This document shows positions 46,748 to 57,567 of a stretch of DNA of 64,000 nucleotides, in pieces. Positions within the stretch are counted from its first letter, which is position 1, and the number at the start of each line of letters is the position of its first letter. The stretch comes from Nitrospirota bacterium (GTDB lineage Bacteria > Nitrospirota > Thermodesulfovibrionia > Thermodesulfovibrionales > JdFR-86): the NCBI GenBank assembly GCA_963721805.1, contig CAVRJY010000002.1:5067-69066 (forward strand), written 5' to 3'. The notes under the pieces are model-generated. The model ran no database searches. It worked only from the letters and a program-made list of their open reading frames with translations, and was not told the origin of the DNA. A program made the position numbers and the translations under genes.

Positions 46748-48389
46748 CTATCTGTGTGTGTGGCGCGTCTGGAAGTCAGGGTATGCGGTGACGCCCACCT
46801 CGGCCTGGTCCAGACCTTCGATTTCGACCTCTTCAGGGACCCTGAGCTTGATGAACTTGTCGAGGACCTTGAAGAAGACGTATGAGATCGCAAATACGTA
46901 TACGAAGTTCGTCAGCGTGCCTATGCACTGGGCCGCGAACTGCGAGGCGTCACCATAGAACAGGCCCTTGACCGTGCCGGCCACGCCGTTGAAGCCGTCG
47001 CCGTAGGTGCCGTCCGCGAAGAGGCCCAGGGAGAGCACGCCCCATGCGCCGTTTACGCCGTGCACTGAAAACGCGCCTACCGGATCGTCGACTTTGAGCG
47101 TGCGCTCGACGAAGAACACCGAGATGATGACGAGTATGCCCGCTATCGCGCCGATCAGCACCGCCGAGGGCGCGGTGACGAAAGCGCACGGAGCGGTGAT
47201 CGCGACGAGCCCGGCCAGCATGCCGTTGCACATCATGCTGATGTCAGGCTTGCCGTAGCGAGCCCACATGAAGATCATCGAGGAGAACGCGCCGGCGGCC
47301 GAGGCGAGCATCGTGTTGGTCGCGATGACGCCGATGCGGAGGTCGCCGCCCGCGAGCGTCGAGCCCGCATTGAAACCGAACCAGCCGAAGGCCAGTATGA
47401 ACGTGCCGACGACGGCCATCGGGATGTGGTGGCCGGGGATCGCGAAGATCTTGCCGTCCTTATACTTGCCGATCCTGGGGCCGAGCACTATCGCGCCGGC
47501 GAGGGCCGCGACGCCGCCGGTCATGTGCACGACGGACGATCCGGCGAAGTCCACGTGGCCGTGGCCGAGGCCGAAGTTCGTGCCGAGCTGCGGAGAGGAA
47601 CCCGCCGCCCCATACCCAGTTGGCGAAGAGCGGGTAGATAACCGCTCCGACGAATATGCCGTATATGATGAAGCTCTTGAAGCTCCAGCGCTCGGCCATC
47701 GAGCCGGTCGGGATCGTCGCTGTCGTGTCCATGAAGACCATCTGGAACAGGAAGAGCGCGAAGACCGAGGCGTCATACGTCACGCCCGAGAGGAAAAATC
47801 CCCTCATCCCGAACAGGCCCATGTCGTGGCCGAACAGGTGAAGCGTGAACTCGTGGTTGAGTACGCCTGCGCCACCGAGCGAGGCCACGCCGCCCACGCC
47901 TCCCATCTGGAGCGCGAAGCCGCATATCCAGTAGCCGAGCATGCCCAAGCCGTACACCATGAAGTTCATGGCCATCGTGTGGCCCGCGTTCTTGGCCTGC
48001 GTGAAACCGGCCTCGACCATCGCGAAGCCTGCCTGCATGAACATGACCAGGAACCCGGCGACCAGCGTCCAGACCATGTTGATAGCTATCCTGTTGTGGC
48101 CGATGACGTCCGCGAGCTTCGTGGCCAGGGGCTCGGCCTTCGAGAGCGCCGCCATGTCCTCCTTGCTCGGGGCGCCGGAGGTCGCGCCTATCACGTCCGC
48201 GGCGCCGCCTGTGTTCGCGCCCGAGGGATCAGGCTTCGGCTCTTCAGCGGCAGCCGCAGGAGCCGCCGGAGCGGTCGTGGCCGTGGCGTTGACTGCCGCA
48301 GGCGCAACTGCGGCTTCGTCGGCATACGCCAGATATGCCGAGCCCGCTATCATTACAATCATCATCAGTGCCATCAACAACCGCTTCAT
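46748..48389 (-). pseudogene. Second ammonium transporter, split by one frameshift near 47600
   Basis: The N-terminal piece (47460..48389) ends ..PLFANWVWGGGFLS. The continuation QLGTNFGLGHGHVDFAGSSVVHMTGG.. is in the frame of 46748..47776. Confidence 0.75.
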
Positions 48390-48627
48390 TTCGGTTCACC
48401 TCTTTTTCTTAAATGTTTATTTCCCATCGGCCGGGATAATAATATCGCCGGCCTGCCCCCGCCGCTGATTCGAGATATCGACATGACTATTGCCAGAAGC
48501 ATGCCAGCGGCTATCGGCTTGATTTATAAAGGAACTGCAAAGGGAACAAAGATGAGACGAGATGCCGATGTTGTAGGGCGCTTACGTTTTTGTCGAGGGT
48601 TGCGTCGTGGATGCGGTTGAAGATGGC

Positions 48628-49197
48628 TTACTTAGTGACAGGTACTATCCCGTATTCGCGAAGGGCCGCGCTGACCTCATTGACAGGAAGCCCGATCACG
48701 TTATCGAGCGGGCCGTCGATGGACTTGACGAACGCGGCGGCACCGCCCTGGATCGCATACGCGCCTGCCTTGCCAATCGGCTCGCCGGTGACGACATACG
48801 CGGCTATCTCGGCCTCGTTAAGCGGCCGGAAACGTACTTTTGTCGCGACCGCTCCGGATGCCATCTTATCGCCTTCGAGCACCGCGTAGCCGGTGATCAC
48901 CTCGTGCTCAGCCCCGCCAAGCATTTCAAGCATTCGCGTAGCGTCGGCATCGTCGCGCGGCTTGCCGAGCACGCTCGCGCCGATCACGACTATCGTATCA
49001 GCGGCGAGCACGACCGCATCAGGCATGTGCATGGCTCGGGCCTTGCCCTCCGCGATCACGCGCGCAAGCTCAACGGGATCAAGTGTGAGGGTCATGTCTT
49101 CAACATAGGGACTCTCGATCACAGAGAACTCGTATCCGGCATCGGCGAGCAGCTTGCGCCTGCGCGGGGATGCCGAGGCGAGTACGAGCCTAGACAT
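48628..49197 (-). CDS. maf: Maf-like nucleoside triphosphate pyrophosphatase
   Basis: LVLASASPRRRKLL..DTIVV..GKP..AGAYAIQG. Confidence 0.85.
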   Translation of the reverse strand: MSRLVLASASPRRRKLLADAGYEFSVIESPYVEDMTLTLDPVELARVIAEGKARAMHMPDAVVLAADTIVVIGASVLGKPRDDADATRMLEMLGGAEHEVITGYAVLEGDKMASGAVATKVRFRPLNEAEIAAYVVTGEPIGKAGAYAIQGGAAAFVKSIDGPLDNVIGLPVNEVSAALREYGIVPVTK

Positions 49198-50356
49198 ATT
49201 CCGCTGCCGCGTGGCCCGAGGCCCATGCCCAGTGCAGGTTATACCCGCCGAGGTCCCCCGTGACGTCGAGCACCTCGCCTATGAAGTAGAGCCCCTTCAC
49301 CCCCGAGGCCTCGAAGGTCTTCGACGATATCGCTGTGGTGCGCACGCCGCCTTTCGTCACCTCCGCCTTGTCCCAGCCCTCTGTACCGGCCGGGATTATC
49401 TCCCACCTGCCGAGCCTCTCGGCGATCATGCGCAACTCGCGCTCCGGGATCTCGCGCATCGGACGCGATCCTCCGGCCAGCCGCGCCAGCAGCTCGGCCA
49501 GGCGCTGCGGCATATGGCGGCCAAGCAGGGTCTTGAGTTCCATCTTCTCGGCGCGGCCATCCATCAGCACCTCAAGCGCATCAGGCATAAACTCGATATG
49601 AAGAGGCCTGCCGTCCGTCCAGTGCAGCGAGGCCCGAAGCCCGGCCGGGCCCGAGAGCCCGCGGTGAGTTATAAGGAGTTCGTCGCTGAGCTCGTGGCCG
49701 TCAGGGCAGAGGATCGTGACGTGGTGCGAGATGCCGGAGAGCTGCCCCCATACCGCGCGTTCGTCCTTGCTGAGCACGAACGGCACGAGCGCCGGGCGCG
49801 GCTGCACGACATCGAGCCCGAAGCTGCGGGCGAGGTCGAGGCCGAGCGCGGAGGCGCCGAGCTTTTCGTACGATAGCCCGCCAGTAGCTATCACCAGCGA
49901 CTTGCACTCGATGATCCCGTGCACCTCCGTGAACACCCTGAAGCGCGCGCCCTTCTTATCCGCGCCCGCGACCTTCGCGCCGAACCGGAAGCCCGCCCCG
50001 GCAGCCGTCGCATCCTCATGGAGCATCGCCGCGACCTGTGCGGCCGATCCGAGGCAGAACAGCCTTCCCTGCTCGCGCTCCTCCCATTCGATACCGTGGC
50101 GGTCCAGGAGCGCGGTGAAGTCGCGCGGAGTGAACCGCGCGAGCGCTGATTTCACGAAGTGCGGATTTTCAGAGACGTAGTGCCCGGGGGTCATATCGAG
50201 GTTGCTGAAGTTGCACCTGCCGCCGCCGGTGGCCATGATCTTCACTCCGGGCCGGGGGTTATGGTCGAGGACGAGCACGTCCCGGCCGCGAGACGCCGCG
50301 CCTGCCGCACAGATCAGCCCGGCCGCACCGGCCCCTATGATCACGACATCGTTCAT
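49190..50356 (-). CDS. HI0933/BaiN-like NAD(P)/FAD-dependent flavoprotein
   Basis: VVIIGAGAAGL..KIMATGGGRCNFSN..GGYNLHWAWASG. Confidence 0.8.
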   Translation of the reverse strand: MNDVVIIGAGAAGLICAAGAASRGRDVLVLDHNPRPGVKIMATGGGRCNFSNLDMTPGHYVSENPHFVKSALARFTPRDFTALLDRHGIEWEEREQGRLFCLGSAAQVAAMLHEDATAAGAGFRFGAKVAGADKKGARFRVFTEVHGIIECKSLVIATGGLSYEKLGASALGLDLARSFGLDVVQPRPALVPFVLSKDERAVWGQLSGISHHVTILCPDGHELSDELLITHRGLSGPAGLRASLHWTDGRPLHIEFMPDALEVLMDGRAEKMELKTLLGRHMPQRLAELLARLAGGSRPMREIPERELRMIAERLGRWEIIPAGTEGWDKAEVTKGGVRTTAISSKTFEASGVKGLYFIGEVLDVTGDLGGYNLHWAWASGHAAAEYV

Positions 50357-50460
50357 GATCTATATTCTACTTCAGCAGCCGTCCCGGCCGCATCCGCGCA
50401 GCGGAAACCCTTGACATGGAACGATGGGCTGCATATTATAGTTGCAGGTTAGGGTATGAA

Positions 50461-51669
50461 ATGGCGGACAACCTAAGGAGGCGGAGGATGGCTGGCATAG
50501 AGGAAGCGAGGAAAAGGCTGAACGTCCCCGCGGGCAACAGGCTGATCCTCTGCCTCGACGGCGGAGGGATACGAGGGATAATGACCCTGCAGCTCCTAAA
50601 GGCGCTCGAGGCCAGCGCAGGGGTATCGTGCCTCGAACTGTTCGATATGGTCGCCGGGACATCGACCGGCGGCATAATAGCGGGGCTGCTGGCCGCCGGC
50701 AAGACGATTGATGAGATCGGGGCCCTGTATGAGCAACTAGTAAAACAGGTATTCACTAAGAAAAGCGTCATAGCGAACCGCTTTGCAAACCCTCCCGAAT
50801 ACACCAAGAAATACTACCGCAAAAAGCTCAAGCAGACCACTGGCGATATCACGATTGCCGAGGCATGCAAGAAACAGAAGATCGACCTGATGCTGACATC
50901 CAAGGACGTGGCCGCGGGCGAGGAGACATTCTTCTCGTTCTTCCATGAGGACAGCACCGGGGCGAACACCTATGGCGAGGTGCTGCTTCGGGCCGCGATG
51001 GAGGCTACGATGTCAGCGCCGACGTACTTCACCCCTTTGGAGAGGTTCGTCGACGGCGGCGTCACGACATATAACAACCCCTCGCTCGCGGCCGTGATCG
51101 AGGCTGTGAAGTACGGCACGCCGGGCAAGTATTCGAGCGGCGCCCTTACGGTATTCAGCTTCGGCACCGGCTGCAGGCCGCAGTTTGTAAGCCCGGCGAA
51201 CGTCCCCGACCCTGACGGCCCGGACGCCGCGTTCTGGCTCCAGTGGCTGATGACCGAGGCCGGTGACGACGCCTCGGACATGCAGGGCTTCCTCTTCCGC
51301 TCCGGCTTCATAGCAGGGCTCGATTACCGCCGTTTTCAGATCTCGCTCGATGAAAAAGCCATCGGGCAGCTCCCGGACTGCGATATCTCAGGCATCCCGG
51401 AGGTGAACGCGGACCGCCTCAAAGACCTCCCGGACGAGGTACTGAAGGGCATCGCGCTCGATGACGTCGGCCGCTTTCCACTGATGAAGGTGATCGGCCG
51501 GCAGATGGCGGAATTCATAAGCGATAAGGAAAACCAGCCGGACGGCCCCTTCACGCGTGGGCTGGTCGACGATGACGGGCGGGACCTGCTCGTAACGCGG
51601 ATTGGAGATAAGGATGCTATTTTAAGGAACATGAGCGACCCGGCATGGCTCGACAGCCGTCCGGATTGA
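50461..51669 (+). CDS. Patatin-like phospholipase
   Basis: LCLDGGGIRG (oxyanion hole), AGTSTGG (GxSxG) and FVDGGVTTYNNP (catalytic DGG). The start could also be 50416. Confidence 0.8.
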   Translation: MADNLRRRRMAGIEEARKRLNVPAGNRLILCLDGGGIRGIMTLQLLKALEASAGVSCLELFDMVAGTSTGGIIAGLLAAGKTIDEIGALYEQLVKQVFTKKSVIANRFANPPEYTKKYYRKKLKQTTGDITIAEACKKQKIDLMLTSKDVAAGEETFFSFFHEDSTGANTYGEVLLRAAMEATMSAPTYFTPLERFVDGGVTTYNNPSLAAVIEAVKYGTPGKYSSGALTVFSFGTGCRPQFVSPANVPDPDGPDAAFWLQWLMTEAGDDASDMQGFLFRSGFIAGLDYRRFQISLDEKAIGQLPDCDISGIPEVNADRLKDLPDEVLKGIALDDVGRFPLMKVIGRQMAEFISDKENQPDGPFTRGLVDDDGRDLLVTRIGDKDAILRNMSDPAWLDSRPD

Positions 51670-51696
51670 TGTTTGAGGCTATCGCGCTGAGGATAT

Positions 51697-51722
51697 AAAA
51701 CAGGGCGGCCCGTGAGGGCCGC
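51697..51722. repeat. Hairpin AAAACA-GGGCGGCCC-gtga-GGGCCGC (copy 1 of a duplicated terminator-like element)
   Basis: Similar to 52841-52876. It overlaps the stop codon of the 51722..52756 gene. Confidence 0.5.
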
Positions 51723-52756
51723 TATTGATGCTGAGCGCGCGAGATCATCTGCTTGATGGCCTTCTTTGCGTTAATTTCAAGTATTTCAATCTCAGGGTGC
51801 ATATTAGCGAAAACCCTGAAGACCTCGTCAGCAAAGGGCTGCCCGATAGTGTCTATACCCTCGAAATTCAATACGACCACCTTGAAACGTTCGAATCGCG
51901 CCAAAAGTCGTTTGGCCTGTGAGCGCGATATCAATTGCTCATCTCCGTATCTGGCAAGGCGCACAGGTACGACAGTCTTTGAGAAGGTGAACTCCTCGTC
52001 GCTCGTAAACTTATTGAAAACGCCCTGTGTGGTACGGGTCGTGCCGTTATTGAGCTCCATATAAACCCCTGTGCCCATTACATCATCATCGTGGTTCAGT
52101 GCCCAGTATTTGTCGCTGGCTGCTCGGTGAGAAAATGACATGTCGTGTGAGTAAATAACAAAATAGTCAAACATATTGGAGGTAAAAAAAATTCCTTCAC
52201 CGGAGTGTCTAGTCGGGTCGGTCGTAAGTTTTCCTTTAGAGAGTTCCAGAATCGCATGGTGTTCGTCTTCAAGGTTTAGTTTGCGGACGAGTTTCCTGAA
52301 TATGCCTTCTCCGTCATCCATGATATTAACCTTGGTGCTTGCAGTCGTCATCTTGATAGTTACTATGATAACTTTGCCGCCGGAATGATCGATAGCGTTA
52401 TTGAGCATCTCAGTGAACCCATACTGGAGAATATCCATGACGTTATTGGGAAGCCCCTGCTCATGAAGTTTTGGTGCTATATCATTTCTCCATACCACGT
52501 CCTCCTGAAGCTTTCCGTCTAGCTTGTAGGATGTTTTTAACTCAAAGATCGGTGCAGGCTTATATATGCGACTGCGTCTCTCGCCTTCGGCGATAAGCTT
52601 TTTATCGGCCACAAGCGATTGCAGGTGCTTGCCAACGGCCTGACGTGAGATGCCGAAATGCTCCGCTGAATATGAGGCGATGTCATTTTTGTGGGCGCTT
52701 ACGTGAGACAGGATAAACCGCCTGACATCCTCACTCTTTGTGCGCTTGACCGCCAT
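51722..52756 (-). CDS. wHTH + GHKL (HATPase_c-like) ATPase + C-terminal STAS-like (DUF4325-type) domain protein; low GC
   Basis: The N-terminal HTH is ISRQAVGKHLQSLV. EMLNNAIDHSGG and DDGEGIF are ATPase N- and G1-box-like motifs. The C-terminus VVVLNFEGIDTIGQPFADEVFRVF resembles DUF4325. Confidence 0.55.
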   Translation of the reverse strand: MAVKRTKSEDVRRFILSHVSAHKNDIASYSAEHFGISRQAVGKHLQSLVADKKLIAEGERRSRIYKPAPIFELKTSYKLDGKLQEDVVWRNDIAPKLHEQGLPNNVMDILQYGFTEMLNNAIDHSGGKVIIVTIKMTTASTKVNIMDDGEGIFRKLVRKLNLEDEHHAILELSKGKLTTDPTRHSGEGIFFTSNMFDYFVIYSHDMSFSHRAASDKYWALNHDDDVMGTGVYMELNNGTTRTTQGVFNKFTSDEEFTFSKTVVPVRLARYGDEQLISRSQAKRLLARFERFKVVVLNFEGIDTIGQPFADEVFRVFANMHPEIEILEINAKKAIKQMISRAQHQ

Positions 52757-52840
52757 TATTCGGCCATCTCCTGATTGACAATATCCATAGCTTATTTTAG
52801 CAACTTATATGGTATATTTGTCAATGTTAAATGGTAAGTA

Positions 52841-52876
52841 AAAAACATGGGGCGGCCCCTGCGGGCCGCCCCATGT
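52841..52876 (-). terminator. fhs terminator; copy 2 of the duplicated hairpin
   Basis: CATGGGGCGGCCC-ctgc-GGGCCGCCCCATG, followed on the minus strand by TTTTT. Confidence 0.7.
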
Positions 52877-52928
52877 GGAAAATCGACTCCTTATACCCCG
52901 ACAAATCCAGAGGATTTGGGGGGAGTGT

Positions 52929-54692
52929 TTAGAATAATCCCTTGACCTTGCCGGTCTCGGTATCGACGTCCACCCTGCGGTAGGCTGGGTCTGAGCTCGT
53001 GCCGGGCATGAGCTTTATCGTGCCCGCGACCGGGACGACGAAACCCGCGCCCTTGTAAGTGAGGATGTCGCGGATCTGGAGCCTCCAGCCCTTCGGCACG
53101 CCTTTTAAGCTCGGGTTGTCGGTCAGGGAGAGGTGGGTCTTGACCATGCAGGTGCCGAGCTTCGCGAGCTCCGGGTCGGCCTCCATCTTTTTTGCCTTGG
53201 CCTCGGCCTCGGCCGTGTAGTCCACGCCGTCAGCGCCGTAGACCTCGGTAGCGATCAGCTCGATGCGCTTTCTAAGCGGGGTCTCGATCTCGTAGAGGAA
53301 CTTGAAGTCGTTAGGCTCGTTGCACGCGTCGACGACCGCGTCGGCGAGCTCGAGCGCGCCCTCTCCGCCGTACTGCCAGTGCTTGCTAAGCGCGACGCGC
53401 GCCCCCGCGGCCTCGGCGATCCTCCGCACGGCCTTGATCTCGTTGTCCGTGTCGCTGTAGAAGGCGTTGATGCAGACGACCGGGTTGATCCCGGCCTTCT
53501 TGATGGTGTTGACGTGGTGGATGAGGTTCGCGCATCCGGCCTCGACCCAGCCGACGTTCTCGCCGGTGTACTCCGACGGCATCGGCTTTCCGGGCACAGG
53601 GATCGGCGCGCCGCCGTGGCACTTAAGCGCGCGTATCGTCGCGACGAGCACGGCCGCGTGCGGTTTTAATCCGGAATAGCGGCACTTCAGGTTCCAGAAC
53701 TTCTCGAATCCGATGTCGGCCGCGAAGCCGCTCTCGGTGACGTTGTAGTCCGCGAGCTTCAGGCCGATGCGGTCAGCGATGATCGAGCTCTGCCCGATCG
53801 CGATATTCGCGAAAGGCCCGGCGTGCACGAGCACGGGCTGGCCCTCGATCGTCTGGATGAGGTTCGGGTTTAGGGCCTCGACCATCCATGCGGTCATCGC
53901 GCCCGCGACGTCGAGGTCCTCGGTCGTGATCGGCGCGCCGCTCTTGCTGTATGCCACGACCATCCTGCCCATGCGCTCGCGCATGTCCTTGAGGTCCTTC
54001 GCCACGGCCAGTATCGCCATGATCTCGGACGATACCGCTATCGCGAAGCCGGACTGCATCATGAAGCCGTCCATCTTGGTGCCCATGCCGATTACGATGT
54101 TGCGCAGCGACTGGGCGCAGAAGTCGATGATCCACTTCATCTCGACGTTGCGCGGGTCGATGTCGAGCCTCTTGAGTTTTCTCTTGGCAAGCTGCTCGTC
54201 GTTATAGTTGGCCTCGTGCTGCATGCGGGAGGTAAGGGCGACCATCGCGAGGTTGTGCGCGTTGATGATCGCGTTCATGTCGCCCGTGAGGCCGAGCGAG
54301 AACGGCGTAAGCGGGATGCACTGGCTCAGGCCGCCGCCCGCTGCCGAGCCCTTGATGTTCATCGTCGGGCCGCCGGAGGGCTGGCGGATAGCGGCTATTA
54401 CGCTCTTGCCTCGCTTGCCGAGGCCCTGCGTCAGGCCGATCGTGGTCGTGGACTTGCCCTCGCCAAGGGGCGTGGGGGTGATCGCGGTGACGTCGATGTA
54501 CTTGCCGTCGGGCCTGCCCGCGGTGCGCTTCAGCACGGCCTTGAAATCGATCTTGCCGATGTGGTGGCCGTGGGGCAGGAGCTCCTGCTTCTCGAGGCCG
54601 AGTTTCTCGGCAATCTCGTATATGCTCTTCATGTTCTTCTCGGCGTCTTCTGCTATCTGCCAGTCTGCGTTCTTCGTCGGATCAAGCGCCAT
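52929..54692 (-). CDS. fhs: Formate-tetrahydrofolate ligase
   Basis: 587 aa with ..[16 protein letters not shown]... I recognise the conserved pattern along the full length. Confidence 0.95.
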   Translation of the reverse strand: MALDPTKNADWQIAEDAEKNMKSIYEIAEKLGLEKQELLPHGHHIGKIDFKAVLKRTAGRPDGKYIDVTAITPTPLGEGKSTTTIGLTQGLGKRGKSVIAAIRQPSGGPTMNIKGSAAGGGLSQCIPLTPFSLGLTGDMNAIINAHNLAMVALTSRMQHEANYNDEQLAKRKLKRLDIDPRNVEMKWIIDFCAQSLRNIVIGMGTKMDGFMMQSGFAIAVSSEIMAILAVAKDLKDMRERMGRMVVAYSKSGAPITTEDLDVAGAMTAWMVEALNPNLIQTIEGQPVLVHAGPFANIAIGQSSIIADRIGLKLADYNVTESGFAADIGFEKFWNLKCRYSGLKPHAAVLVATIRALKCHGGAPIPVPGKPMPSEYTGENVGWVEAGCANLIHHVNTIKKAGINPVVCINAFYSDTDNEIKAVRRIAEAAGARVALSKHWQYGGEGALELADAVVDACNEPNDFKFLYEIETPLRKRIELIATEVYGADGVDYTAEAEAKAKKMEADPELAKLGTCMVKTHLSLTDNPSLKGVPKGWRLQIRDILTYKGAGFVVPVAGTIKLMPGTSSDPAYRRVDVDTETGKVKGLF

Positions 54693-54788
54693 CTCTCTCT
54701 AGTCCTCCCTGTATGGTATAGTGCATGTCATCTCGCGCAATCATCTATAGTGCAATTAGGCGGCCCCCAAGCGGAGGCCGCCTTCATA

Positions 54789-56627
54789 TCATTCCCTGTC
54801 TATGGATGCGAACTTGCAGGCGTCGAAGCACGCACCGCACTTTATGCACTTGTCCTGGTCGATCTCGTGCGGCTTTTTCTTCTCGCCGGAGACCGCTCCC
54901 GAGGGGCATGCGCGCTTGCACGCGCCGCATCCGGTGCAGGTCTTGGGTATGACCAGGTACTTAAGCAGCGGCTTGCAGACCTTGGCCGGGCACCGGCCCT
55001 GGATGTGCGCCTCGTACTCGTCGCGGAAATAGCGTATCGTGCTAAGTATCGGGTTGGGCGCGCCCTGCCCCAAGCCGCAGAGCGAGGAGTCGATGACCGT
55101 CCTGCCGAGGTCCTCGAGCGTCTCGATGTCGCCGGGCTTGCCGTGGCCGGTCGTGATGCGCTCCATGATCTCAAGGAGGCGCTTCGTCCCGATGCGGCAC
55201 GGGACGCACTTGCCGCACGACTCCTCCTGCGTGAAGTGCAGGAAGTACTTGGCGATGCTCACCATGCAGTCGTCCTCGTCCAGTACGATCATCCCGCCGG
55301 AGCCCACGAACGAGCCGATCTTCTTCAGCGACTCAAAATCCACCGGCGTGTCGATCAGCGAGTAGGGGATGCAGCCTCCGGATGGCCCTCCGGTCTGTAC
55401 GGCTTTGAGCTGCTTGTCGCCCTCGATCCCGCCGCCCACGTTATAGATGATCTCGCGTAGCGGCATGCCCATCGGGACCTCGATCAGCCCGGTGTTGCGC
55501 ACCTTGCCGGTCAGGGCGAAGGCCTTAGTGCCGGTCGACTGCTCGGTGCCATAGGACTTAAACCAGTCCGCGCCCTTGACTATGATGTACGGGACGTTGG
55601 CGAACGTCTCGACGTTGTTTAAGACCGAGGGCTTGTTCCAGAGGCCCTTGTATACGGAGTTCGGCGGGGTCTGGCGGGGCATCCCGCGCTTGCCCTCGAT
55701 AGAGCGCATAAGGGCGGTGGACTCTCCGCATACGAACGCCCCGGCGCCCTGGTAGAGGTCGATCTCGAGCGAGTAGCCGGTGCCGAGGATGTTCTTGCCC
55801 AGCAGGTTGCGCTCCTTGGCCTCGCGGATAGCGATGTTCAGGCGCTCTACGGCTATGGGGTATTCGGCCCGGACGTATATGTAGCCCTGGTCAGCGCCTA
55901 TGGCGTAGCCGCCGATTATCATGCCCTCGATGACGGAGTGGGGGTTGCCCTCCAGTATCGCGCGGTCCATGAACGCGCCGGGGTCGCCCTCGTCCGCGTT
56001 GCAGATGATGTAGTGCTGGTCGGACTGCGCCTTGCGGCAGCTGTCCCACTTGCGCCCTGTAGGGAAGCCCGCGCCGCCGCGGCCGCGAAGGCCGGACTGC
56101 GTGATCACGTCGATGACCGCCTCCTGGCTCATCGGGGAGCGGACGAACTGCGCGGTTCCGCAGGAGCACTCGGAACTCTCGGCGGCCGTTTTATCTGCGG
56201 AAGGGGCGGGAGCGAGGACCTTCCTTAGCGCCGCGTACCCCCCGGCGCTGATGTATGACTCTATGCTCTCGGGGTCCACGACGCCCACGTCCGCAAGCAC
56301 GATCTTGGCCTGGCCCTTGTGGAACTTGTGGTATTCCTCCGGCACGAGCCACTCGGCCACCGGAGTGCCGCCCGCGACGTGCTCGGCCACGATGCGCTCG
56401 ACCATATCGGGCTTGACGTACTGATAGGTGAATGAGCCGTTATCGGCTATCACCTCGACCAGGCAGTCGCGCGAGCAGAGGCCCTTGCAGCCGACCTGGT
56501 GCATCGAGCAGTGCTGCTTGATCGTGGCGGTCACGTTTGCGGCCGCGAGGGAGCCCTCGAACGCCTTTATGACGTCAGCGCCGCCGGTGGCTATGCCTCC
56601 GGGGCCCATGCAGATGCGGATTTCCAT
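54789..56627 (-). CDS. NuoF-like NAD(H)-binding FMN/Fe-S subunit with extra ferredoxin domains (hydrogenase / formate dehydrogenase type)
   Basis: GRGGAGFPTGRKW, ESCGKCVPCRIGT and C-terminal 2x[4Fe-4S] motifs (CTGCGACKRACP, CIKCGACFDACK). Confidence 0.85.
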   Translation of the reverse strand: MEIRICMGPGGIATGGADVIKAFEGSLAAANVTATIKQHCSMHQVGCKGLCSRDCLVEVIADNGSFTYQYVKPDMVERIVAEHVAGGTPVAEWLVPEEYHKFHKGQAKIVLADVGVVDPESIESYISAGGYAALRKVLAPAPSADKTAAESSECSCGTAQFVRSPMSQEAVIDVITQSGLRGRGGAGFPTGRKWDSCRKAQSDQHYIICNADEGDPGAFMDRAILEGNPHSVIEGMIIGGYAIGADQGYIYVRAEYPIAVERLNIAIREAKERNLLGKNILGTGYSLEIDLYQGAGAFVCGESTALMRSIEGKRGMPRQTPPNSVYKGLWNKPSVLNNVETFANVPYIIVKGADWFKSYGTEQSTGTKAFALTGKVRNTGLIEVPMGMPLREIIYNVGGGIEGDKQLKAVQTGGPSGGCIPYSLIDTPVDFESLKKIGSFVGSGGMIVLDEDDCMVSIAKYFLHFTQEESCGKCVPCRIGTKRLLEIMERITTGHGKPGDIETLEDLGRTVIDSSLCGLGQGAPNPILSTIRYFRDEYEAHIQGRCPAKVCKPLLKYLVIPKTCTGCGACKRACPSGAVSGEKKKPHEIDQDKCIKCGACFDACKFASIDRE

Positions 56628-56631
56628 ATTC

Positions 56632-57129
56632 CTATAGTCCTTTCAGGTGCCTGATTTCCTTGACAACCGCATCGGGCTTCGCGGTACCATGGACCTTCTT
56701 GTTGATCAGCACGGCGGGGGCCATCGAGCAGGTGCCGAGGCAGGCGACTCGCTCTAAGGTGAACTCCATGTCCTCGGTCGTCCGGCCGCCGTCCTCGAGC
56801 CCGAGCTCGGCCTCGGCCTTGGCGTAGATCTTCTCGGAGCCCTTGACGTGGCACGCGGTGCCGCAGCATACGGTGATCACATTGCGGCCCTTCGGCTCGT
56901 GGTAGAACAGCGAGTAGAACGTCGCCACGCCGTAGAACTTGCTGCGCGGGACGTTCAGGCGGTCGGCGATCCAGTTGACCGCCTCCTCCGGCACGTAGCC
57001 GAAGATCTCCTGCATCTCCTGAAGGACAGGGATCGTGTTGCCCGGCATAGCCCGGTATTTTTCGTAGACGCCCGAGAGTTTTTCGATCGCGCCCGGAGCC
57101 GACAAGACGGAAGTCGCAGTATCGCCCAT
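56632..57129 (-). CDS. NuoE-like [2Fe-2S] subunit
   Basis: VCCGTACHVKGS..ACLGTCSMAPAVLI. Confidence 0.85.
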   Translation of the reverse strand: MGDTATSVLSAPGAIEKLSGVYEKYRAMPGNTIPVLQEMQEIFGYVPEEAVNWIADRLNVPRSKFYGVATFYSLFYHEPKGRNVITVCCGTACHVKGSEKIYAKAEAELGLEDGGRTTEDMEFTLERVACLGTCSMAPAVLINKKVHGTAKPDAVVKEIRHLKGL

Positions 57130-57240
57130 GAGTTAGTCTCCCTTTGGAAAGCCGGATTAGATATTGTATATGATGAATACGCTATTTTCAACGAAAAGCC
57201 CTAATTAAGGCTATTTAAATTATTTATTTATTAATTGCTA

Positions 57241-57567
57241 TCAGCGCATCTGAAGCGGCCTGCGCTCCGGCACGTACGCGTGCCTGAGCACGCCGGAGTT
57301 CCATTCCCGGCTTACGTACAGGCCGCAGTAGCAGCTCCCGAACTCAGCGACGTCAGGCTCGCGGTAGACGCACGGGCATATGATGTCGCGGTCGGCCTCG
57401 CGGTCGTTCTTCGCCAGGCGGCACGGGCATGAGCGGTAGCCGTAGCGTGCCTCGTTTTTAAGCAGCCCCTCCATGAGCTGAAGGACATGCCCCTCGTCCG
57501 CGTTAAGCTCGAAGCCCTGTTGAGCCGCGAACTTGCGAAGCGTCTCCATCAGGCGTTCGGGCGTCAT
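57241..57567 (-). CDS. Ferredoxin:thioredoxin-reductase catalytic-subunit-like protein
   Basis: The CPC..CPC..CYC cysteine pattern (SCPCRLAKN..IICPCVYREPDVAEFGSCYCGLY). Confidence 0.7.
   Translation of the reverse strand: MTPERLMETLRKFAAQQGFELNADEGHVLQLMEGLLKNEARYGYRSCPCRLAKNDREADRDIICPCVYREPDVAEFGSCYCGLYVSREWNSGVLRHAYVPERRPLQMR

Noticed and set aside
47268-48620. 450-aa plus-strand ORF
   Set aside because: It is antisense to the recognisable ammonium transporter. It has an Arg/His/Gly/Glu-rich low-complexity translation and no RBS.
54216-55460. 414-aa plus-strand ORF; also 58676-59683 minus, 42113-43147 minus, 57870-58568 minus, 62917-63546 plus, 33290-34018 minus and 39824-40835 minus
   Set aside because: All are antisense or out-of-frame relative to confidently recognised genes (fhs/NuoF-like, FAD oxidoreductase, amtB, MBL hydrolase, PAS histidine kinase, histidine kinase/CBS, porin/GAF-HTH). 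All have the biased composition of GC-rich shadow ORFs.
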